Below, one piece after another: positions 58,630 through 64,000 of a DNA stretch of 64,000 nt. Made by a program: the position numbers and the translations under genes. The first letter of the stretch is position 1, and every line of letters begins with the position of its first letter. The stretch comes from Massilibacteroides sp. (GTDB taxonomy: Bacteria > Bacteroidota > Bacteroidia > Bacteroidales > Tannerellaceae), in assembly GCF_028705895.1 (NCBI RefSeq), contig NZ_JAQWCQ010000014.1:609-64608 (forward strand). The letters are read 5' to 3'. The notes below the pieces were generated by a model. That model was not told where the DNA came from, searched no databases, and was given only the letters and a program-made list of their open reading frames with translations.

Positions 58630-59997
58630 ATGAAACAAACAATTCTTGAAAAATATAATGTTCCGGTGCCACGTTATACCAGTTATCCGCCGGCAAATCA
58701 TTTTACTGATTCTTTTACATCGGCAGATTACGAAGCTGCAATAGCTGTTTCTAATCATGCAAAGCCTAATCATATTTCATTTTATCTTCACATGCCGTTT
58801 TGCCGGAGTCTTTGTCATTACTGCGGATGCAATGCTTACGCAATGCAAAAACCGGAAATGGTTGAAAAGTATATTTCTGCTCTTCATGCGGAGATTGATC
58901 TGGTGATAAAGAAACTGGATTCCCATCGTAAGATTGCGCAGATACATTATGGCGGAGGTACGCCAACGGCTATGCCTTCTCGTTATATACGTGAATTGAA
59001 TGAACATTTGCTTTCTGCCTTCGATTGTATTGAACAGCCTGAAATAGCTATTGAGTGTCATCCGGGTTATGCTGATGAGGCGTATTGGCAGGAACTTCTT
59101 GAAGCGGGATTCAATCGTTTTAGTCTTGGTATTCAGGATTTTGACGAGAAGGTGTTGAAGACGGTTAACCGTAAACCTTCTTTGCTGCCGGTTGATCAAA
59201 TCTTTCATCAGTTGAAATCGCAAGGAGCGAAGGTCAATATGGATTTTATTTACGGATTGCCTTTGCAAACAGCGGATAGCTTTGAACAAACGATTCGTAA
59301 AGCCGTAGCTTTGAGTCCTGATAGGTTGGTAACCTTTTCTTATGCGCATATTCCGACTATTTATAAACGCCAACTGATTTTAGAAAAAGCAGGTCTGCCC
59401 ATAAGCGACGAAAAGAGCTGTATGTATGCTGCTGCCAGTGAGGTTCTTGCTGCTGCCGGATACGAACGGATCGGTTTGGATCATTTTGTGAAACCTGATG
59501 ATGAGCTTTATGAAGCGTTAACGAATGGTCGTCTGCATCGTAATTTTCAGGGGTATTGTACGCGTCGTACGACCGGGCAGGTTTATGCTTTCGGTGTAAC
59601 CGGTATCAGCCAGCTTTCGGATGCTTATTGCCAGAATACAAAGAGTATTGCCGAGTACATTGAACGGGTAGGGAAGGGGGAACTTCCTGTGATCAAAGGT
59701 TATAAATTGAATCGGACGGAACAGCTTACGCGTGAAGTGATCGAAACTCTTATGTGTAATTACTGTATCGATTGGTGGGGCTTGGCTGATCATCTGTCGA
59801 TTCCGGTACAAGAGCTGAAGCAGTCTATTGGGTACGATGATGTGCGCATGAAGGAGTTTGAAGTGGACGGCTTAATTGAATTCAGCTCCGATTATTTAAA
59901 AATCACTACAGAGGGACGACTTTTTGTTCGTAATGTTGCTGCTTCTATGGATGTGCTGATGAAGAATACGGATAAGGTTTTCTCTAAGCCGGTATAA
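58630..59997 (+). CDS. hemN: Oxygen-independent coproporphyrinogen III oxidase (radical SAM, HemN type)
   Basis: 455-aa ORF whose N-terminus KYNVPVPRYTSYPPANHF matches the E. coli HemN KYNYSGPRYTSYPTALEF. The radical-SAM cluster motif is CRSLCHYCGC. Its ATG lies 1 nt after the MFS stop. Confidence 0.9.
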   Translation: MKQTILEKYNVPVPRYTSYPPANHFTDSFTSADYEAAIAVSNHAKPNHISFYLHMPFCRSLCHYCGCNAYAMQKPEMVEKYISALHAEIDLVIKKLDSHRKIAQIHYGGGTPTAMPSRYIRELNEHLLSAFDCIEQPEIAIECHPGYADEAYWQELLEAGFNRFSLGIQDFDEKVLKTVNRKPSLLPVDQIFHQLKSQGAKVNMDFIYGLPLQTADSFEQTIRKAVALSPDRLVTFSYAHIPTIYKRQLILEKAGLPISDEKSCMYAAASEVLAAAGYERIGLDHFVKPDDELYEALTNGRLHRNFQGYCTRRTTGQVYAFGVTGISQLSDAYCQNTKSIAEYIERVGKGELPVIKGYKLNRTEQLTREVIETLMCNYCIDWWGLADHLSIPVQELKQSIGYDDVRMKEFEVDGLIEFSSDYLKITTEGRLFVRNVAASMDVLMKNTDKVFSKPV

Positions 59998-60153
59998 GTT
60001 GAAAGAATACCTCCTCTGAGTTGAAAATTCATCCCTTTGTTTATTATCTATCTTTAACTCAAAATACGGCATCCACGATCAAGTCCTGGATGTTAGAGGC
60101 TTTTCCTGATCTTGCATTAGATGGGTTTATCAACAAAAAAAGTGATATTTAGA

Positions 60154-60191
60154 TGGTGATGTTAAAAGTGTGCTATTTTTATACATCACCA
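60154..60191. terminator. Hairpin between the convergent hemN and small-membrane-protein genes
   Basis: TGGTGATGT (60154..60162) pairs with ACATCACCA (60183..60191) across a 20-nt loop. There is no strong T-run. Confidence 0.25.
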
Positions 60192-60236
60192 CCTATTATT
60201 TAATTAAGGCCTTCTTCCACTTGTTCATCAAAAGTC

Positions 60237-60476
60237 CTATTCTTTTTTAAAAAAAGAGGGAATTACCGCCAACAAGATCAAGGAAGATGCGATTATCGTA
60301 GTTGTCATATCCGTTATTCCGGATATGACAGTTTGTGCGGAAAGAATGATTAATACAACTGTGAAAAGGATAAGTACAAACATCTTCTTATTGGATTGAC
60401 TTATCCTTTTTGAAAATATCACATAATTGTATATTATCGACAATAGTATGACTGTTATAATAACTGTAATATTCAT
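60237..60476 (-). CDS. Small hydrophobic membrane protein (about three TM segments), unknown function
   Basis: 79-aa ORF, 15 nt downstream of the Cys-rich lipoprotein gene on the same strand, in a visibly AT-rich stretch. Confidence 0.4.
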   Translation of the reverse strand: MNITVIITVILLSIIYNYVIFSKRISQSNKKMFVLILFTVVLIILSAQTVISGITDMTTTIIASSLILLAVIPSFFKKE

Positions 60477-60491
60477 TGTTTTGCAATTAGA

Positions 60492-61115
60492 TTATTCGCA
60501 ATAAATTTTGTAGCAGAAATACACACAAGCAGGGTAAGCCCAAACTGTAACGGGAGCTACAGCACAAGCAATTGTGCAAGCGACAAATTCTCCACTTGCT
60601 TGACAGCCACTACTACCAGGTTCCTCAGCTTTTGGTTCTGCTCGTTCGTCGGTTATTGGCGCATTCCGTAGTCGCATAAATAAGGCTATATCTTTTTTCT
60701 TTTCTGATAGTAACTTTAATAGCATAATAGGATCAGTTTCGCATTCGACACATTTACGTTCTTCTCTCTTGATTATTTCTCTTTTAATTATTGGATATTT
60801 AGTCATTATACTTTGAGCAGAAGATTTTATTTTTCCCTCTATCTCTGCCATCTGACTAATGCTTAACCCAAGCATATCCGATATTTTTTCTTCATCATTT
60901 TCAAGAACCGCTTCTTCTAATTTTGCAATATCCAAATGTTCTATTCTGCTAAATATTTCAGCATTTATTTGGTTTAAATACTCGAAGTCTGCGTCAGTAT
61001 ATATTGAATTTAAGTCTTTTTGGGTATCAAAAATATCATTTGCTTTGTTGCACCCAGAGAGGACTAAAATAATACAAAAAAAACAACAATAATTAGCATT
61101 TTTTAATTTTTTCAT
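60492..61115 (-). CDS. Lipoprotein-signal protein with an acidic helical middle and a hydrophobic Cys-rich C-terminus; unknown function
   Basis: 207-aa ORF with the lipobox LVLSGC and a central CVEC. The last ~40 aa are GCQASGEFVACTIACAVAPVTVWAYPACVYFCYKIYCE (7 Cys). No family recognised. Confidence 0.45.
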   Translation of the reverse strand: MKKLKNANYCCFFCIILVLSGCNKANDIFDTQKDLNSIYTDADFEYLNQINAEIFSRIEHLDIAKLEEAVLENDEEKISDMLGLSISQMAEIEGKIKSSAQSIMTKYPIIKREIIKREERKCVECETDPIMLLKLLSEKKKDIALFMRLRNAPITDERAEPKAEEPGSSGCQASGEFVACTIACAVAPVTVWAYPACVYFCYKIYCE

Positions 61116-61418
61116 ACTGAATAGATTTAATTGTGATTACTATGATTTAATTAAACAAAAAACAAAAATTCTACTATGAAAACTGAAGTCATGACTTTAA
61201 TGATATCGCAATATAATACAATTAAATTAAATAGATATATATTAAATAATGTTGTAAAACAGAGGAGCGTTGATATAAAACGACATGGACGAGGAAAATG
61301 TTTATCCCCCAATATTTTAATCTCAATTTATTCTTCTTTAGTTGGAAGTATTGATTTCTCAAATAATATACCCATAACCCATTGACAGAATTATAAATCT
61401 CAGCAATTGATAATTAAT

Positions 61419-61696
61419 AGCCTGTTTAAATATTCCTCAATAATAATTTTATAGCAGCGATTTTGACCATTTCCTCAGCCGAATCGAATTTTAGCTCATA
61501 ATTTCGGCAAAGCCTTCTGTCATTATCAAACCAGGGCAAAGTTCTTTCTACAATCCATCCAAATCATGCATAAATCATATCGTTATATTAGTCTGATACA
61601 TCTTTATTGTTAGTTTAGTCACTTCAAATAAAGCGATGTGAAGACTAAGACGGAAACATTCTTAATCTTTTATTTCTATAAAATTTAAACAGGCTC
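61419..61696 (-). mobile_element. Internally deleted IS5-family insertion sequence remnant (~278 bp) bounded by the same terminal repeat as the MITE at 54904..55085
   Basis: The left end is AGCCTGTTTAAATATT (61419..61434). The right end is AAATTTAAACAGGCTC (61681..61696; reverse complement GAGCCTGTTTAAATTT). The element encloses only the last 45 codons of a transposase. Confidence 0.6.
61426..61563 (-). pseudogene. C-terminal fragment of an IS5-family (IS1031/IS427-like) DDE transposase
   Basis: Hand translation of the minus strand gives FGWIVERTLPWFDNDRRLCRNYELKFDSAEEMVKIAAIKLLLRNI followed by a stop. This matches the conserved ...VERTFxWLxxxRRLxxDYE...IRLxLRR C-terminus of this IS group. 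An in-frame TGA lies immediately upstream (61566..61564), and the stop codon lies inside the terminal repeat. Confidence 0.65.
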
Positions 61697-61745
61697 ATGG
61701 AGTAATACATCAAACATTTTTATATTTGTGGAAATTGTTATTTAA

Positions 61746-62243
61746 ATGGTTCTTGATATACTTTTAATTTCTCTTGGTGTTATTTTCATGCTTATTGGTA
61801 TAATTGGGTGTATCGCTCCGATGTTGCCGGGTATTCCTTTAAGCTATATTGGCATTCTGCTTCTGCATTTTACATCAGAAGTGCAGTTTTCGACAGAGTT
61901 TTTAATCTTCTGGGGTGTTATGGTTGTAATCATTCAACTGCTCGATTACTATATTCCGATATGGGGAACTCAAAAACTTGGAGGTGGTAGTAAAGGGGCG
62001 TGGGGAAGTACTGTCGGAGTAGTGGCAGGAATGTTTCTATTTCCGCCGTTGGGTATAATTATTTTTCCTTTTGTTGGTGCTGTTATTGGAGAGCTTCTTG
62101 ATGAAAAGGATTTTAAAACAGCCTTAAAAGCAGGGTTTGGTGCTTTCCTTGGTTTTGTTGCCGGCACGTTGATGAAACTGGCTGTCGCCATAATACTTAC
62201 TTTCTATTTCATAAGAGAAGTTGTACGGATATTTATAGAATAA
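61746..62243 (+). CDS. DUF456-family membrane protein
   Basis: 165-aa ORF with four hydrophobic segments and Gly-rich motifs (WGTQKLGGGSKGAWGSTVG; FPFVGAVIGELL) as I remember for DUF456. A TATATTTG box lies at 61721..61728. Confidence 0.6.
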   Translation: MVLDILLISLGVIFMLIGIIGCIAPMLPGIPLSYIGILLLHFTSEVQFSTEFLIFWGVMVVIIQLLDYYIPIWGTQKLGGGSKGAWGSTVGVVAGMFLFPPLGIIIFPFVGAVIGELLDEKDFKTALKAGFGAFLGFVAGTLMKLAVAIILTFYFIREVVRIFIE

Positions 62244-62288
62244 AATACATAATAATGTTAGTAAAGCATAAGAAATAGTTTTGTTAAT

Positions 62289-62801
62289 ATGGGAAGAGCT
62301 ACAACCAAAACAGAATTGATATCCGCTGGTGAAGAAAACTTCGGTAAACTATTTTCACTTATCAATTCGTTGACAGAAACAGAGCAGGAAAGTCTTTTTG
62401 AATTTGAAGATAGGGATCGTAATATTCGGGATGTGTTGGTGCATCTTTATGAGTGGCATCAACTATTGTTAAAATGGGTCACCGCTAATCAAATGGGAAA
62501 ACCTGCAAGTTTCTTGCCTGAACCTTATAATTGGAAGACTTATCCGCAGATGAATATCGAGTTTTGGGAAAAACATCAGAAAACATCTTTGGATGAAGCG
62601 GTTGGGATGCTGAATAAATCTCATATGGATGTAATGAGTTTGATTAGTGGTTTTTCGGATGGGGAGCTATTTACGAAAAAACATTTCTCATGGACAGGAA
62701 CTACAAGTCTGGGTAGCTATTGTGTTTCCGCTACATCCAGTCATTACGATTGGGCTATTAAAAAGATCAAAATGCATAAGAAAAGTCTTAGTAAGACGTG
62801 A
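62289..62801 (+). CDS. ClbS/DfsB-family (DUF1706) four-helix-bundle protein
   Basis: 170-aa ORF with family-like blocks NIRDVLVHLYEWHQLLLKW, YNWKTYPQMN, SHMDVMSLISGFSDGELF and WTGTTSLGSYCVSATSSHYDWA. Confidence 0.65.
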   Translation: MGRATTKTELISAGEENFGKLFSLINSLTETEQESLFEFEDRDRNIRDVLVHLYEWHQLLLKWVTANQMGKPASFLPEPYNWKTYPQMNIEFWEKHQKTSLDEAVGMLNKSHMDVMSLISGFSDGELFTKKHFSWTGTTSLGSYCVSATSSHYDWAIKKIKMHKKSLSKT

Positions 62802-62879
62802 AAGTTATGAAACTAAAAAACTCTATTTTGTTAACAATTTTATTTCTGCTTTTTGGTCAAGTTGTGAATAAAACGGCAT

Positions 62880-62925
62880 AAAAAATATAAAGGATATGAT
62901 TACAAAACTATCCTTTATATTTTTT
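62880..62925. repeat. Copy R5 of the palindromic repeat family
   Basis: AAAAAATATAAAGGATA (62880..62896) pairs with TATCCTTTATATTTTTT (62909..62925), giving 17 bp with a 12-nt loop. It lies between the convergent ClbS-like and GH92 genes. Confidence 0.8.
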
Positions 62926-62976
62926 TATTACTATTGAAATTAATTTATCCCTTAGGTATATTATATATGCCTTCTT

Positions 62977-64000
62977 TTACTTTTTTATTTCTTTGCTGAA
63001 AGAATAGGGTAAATCAGCTTCGGTGATACCTCTTTTAGTATTGGGTGTAGCCGACATATCGAATGTTAGTGTAGCCCCTTTCATGATATCCTCGTGCGTG
63101 ATATAATTCTTGGTATAGTTTTTACCGTTTAGTTTCATTGTGGAGATGTAACGGTTTTCATTAGAGTTGTTTTTGGTGTTAATTTTTAATTGTTTGCCAT
63201 TCTCTAACTTGACTGTTACGGATTTGAATAAGGGTGATCCCATGATATATTGATCTGTTCCCGGGCAAACAGGATAGAAACCTAATGCCGAGAAAACATA
63301 CCAGGCGGATGTCTGTCCGTTATCTTCGTCCCCACAATACCCGTCAGGACCATCTGTGTATAGTTTATCCATTACTTCACGTAGCCAATACTGACTTTTC
63401 CAGGGTTCGCCGGAATAATTATACAGATAAATCATATGTTGGATTGGTTGGTTCCCGTGTGCATATTGTCCCATGTTCATCACTTGCATTTCGCGCATTT
63501 CATGAATCATCCTTCTGCTGCTCATTCCTTCCATACCGGGAACAATAAATACGGAGTCCAACATGGTGTTAAACATGTTCTTTCCTCCCATAAGGTCTAT
63601 CAAACCTTGTGGATCGTGAAAGACCGACCAACTATAATGCCAACTGTTTCCTTCGGTAAAGTCACGACTCCAGTCTGTCGGATTGAATTTCCCCTCAAAA
63701 GTTCCATTTTTGCTCTTGCCACGCATCAGATTATATTTTGGGTCAAAGAGATTCTTATAATTCATTGCCCTTTTAGCATAAATGTCTATTTCCGAAGCCG
63801 GTTTTCCCAAGGCTTTTCCAAGTTGGTAAATTGTCCAGTCGTCGTAAGCATATTCTAATGTACGGGCTACATTCTGACTTATCTCCGTATCATTTGGAAT
63901 ATACCCGTATTCATTATAGTAATTATAACCCGCACGACCGGAAGCCTGTACGGTAGGGTGAACATTGTTTGCTCCATGTTTGAGCGCCTCCCATAGTGTT
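62977..64000 (-). CDS. GH92 alpha-mannosidase, C-terminal ~340 aa (gene continues beyond the right edge)
   Basis: The ORF-track ORF 62977..63810 starts at an internal TTG. My translation stays open up to 63999 (TLWEALKHGANNVHPTVQASGRAGYNYYNEYGYIPNDTEISQNVARTLEYAYDDWTIYQLGKALGKPASE...). GH92 blocks are present: GNSWHYSW, HGNQPIQH, CGDEDNGQTSAWY. Confidence 0.9.
   Translation of the reverse strand, partial: TLWEALKHGANNVHPTVQASGRAGYNYYNEYGYIPNDTEISQNVARTLEYAYDDWTIYQLGKALGKPASEIDIYAKRAMNYKNLFDPKYNLMRGKSKNGTFEGKFNPTDWSRDFTEGNSWHYSWSVFHDPQGLIDLMGGKNMFNTMLDSVFIVPGMEGMSSRRMIHEMREMQVMNMGQYAHGNQPIQHMIYLYNYSGEPWKSQYWLREVMDKLYTDGPDGYCGDEDNGQTSAWYVFSALGFYPVCPGTDQYIMGSPLFKSVTVKLENGKQLKINTKNNSNENRYISTMKLNGKNYTKNYITHEDIMKGATLTFDMSATPNTKRGITEADLPYSFSKEIKK

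Noticed and set aside
61176-61385. The 69-aa ORF on the plus strand between the Cys-rich lipoprotein gene and the IS remnant.
   Set aside because: The translation is AT-rich and low-complexity, with no signal, motif or convincing start context. It probably represents the promoter/leader region of the divergent lipoprotein gene.

Overview
This window reads as a Bacteroidota (Bacteroidales-like) chromosomal segment, judged from SusC/SusD pairs, TAnnTTTG-type promoter boxes and the protein families present. All calls are hand reading of the sequence and ORF track; no searches were run.

Gene content, left to right:
- A frameshifted SusC gene that runs off the left edge.
- A minus-strand amino-sugar operon: XylR/AraC-type regulator, nagA, nagB, a Tat-signal Gfo/Idh/MocA oxidoreductase, a GluP/NagP-type MFS transporter, a second Tat oxidoreductase, a small membrane protein and a signal-less ApbE-like flavin transferase.
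- GH92 alpha-mannosidase, beta-carbonic anhydrase, an OMP beta-barrel protein and priA.
- A beta-propeller glycosidase-like protein, followed by a Tat-signal DUF362-like protein and an unknown secreted partner.
- purU, HemY-type protoporphyrinogen oxidase, dnaX, a DUF1080 protein and queF.
- A SusC/SusD pair with no enzyme gene beside it, then an ~860-bp AT-rich non-coding stretch.
- An XRE regulator divergent from a long plus-strand glycan locus: NupG-type MFS, SusC, SusD, cytoplasmic Gfo/Idh/MocA, GH2 beta-galactosidase, a tetrahaem cytochrome c fused to an FGE-fold domain, a Tat-lipoprotein Gfo/Idh/MocA, a Tat-lipoprotein xylose-isomerase-like TIM barrel, a hemerythrin-like protein and a LuxR-type regulator.
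- Hemolysin III.
- Two paralogous TonB-dependent receptors that share a palindromic operator/promoter, separated by gapA and a GlxA/AraC regulator. The second receptor sits in an operon with an AmpG/PAT-type MFS and hemN.
- An AT-rich islet with a Cys-rich lipoprotein, a small membrane protein and an IS5-family remnant.
- A DUF456 protein, a ClbS/DfsB-like protein, and a second GH92 gene that runs off the right edge.

No rRNA, tRNA or CRISPR array was seen.

Main leads:
1. The NapC/NirT-like tetrahaem cytochrome fused to a cysteine-less FGE-fold domain. It heads an operon of Tat-exported oxidoreductase and TIM-barrel lipoproteins inside a redox-heavy polysaccharide utilisation locus.
2. An A9 slippery run at the gamma/tau boundary of dnaX, with stops in both alternative frames.
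3. A dispersed palindromic repeat family (core TATAAAGGATAT) at five gene 3' ends.
4. A 20-bp palindromic operator shared by the two TonB-dependent receptors, and the receptor-MFS-hemN operon.
5. A 182-bp MITE-like element with a TTA target duplication, which shares terminal repeats with the IS5-family remnant 6 kb away.
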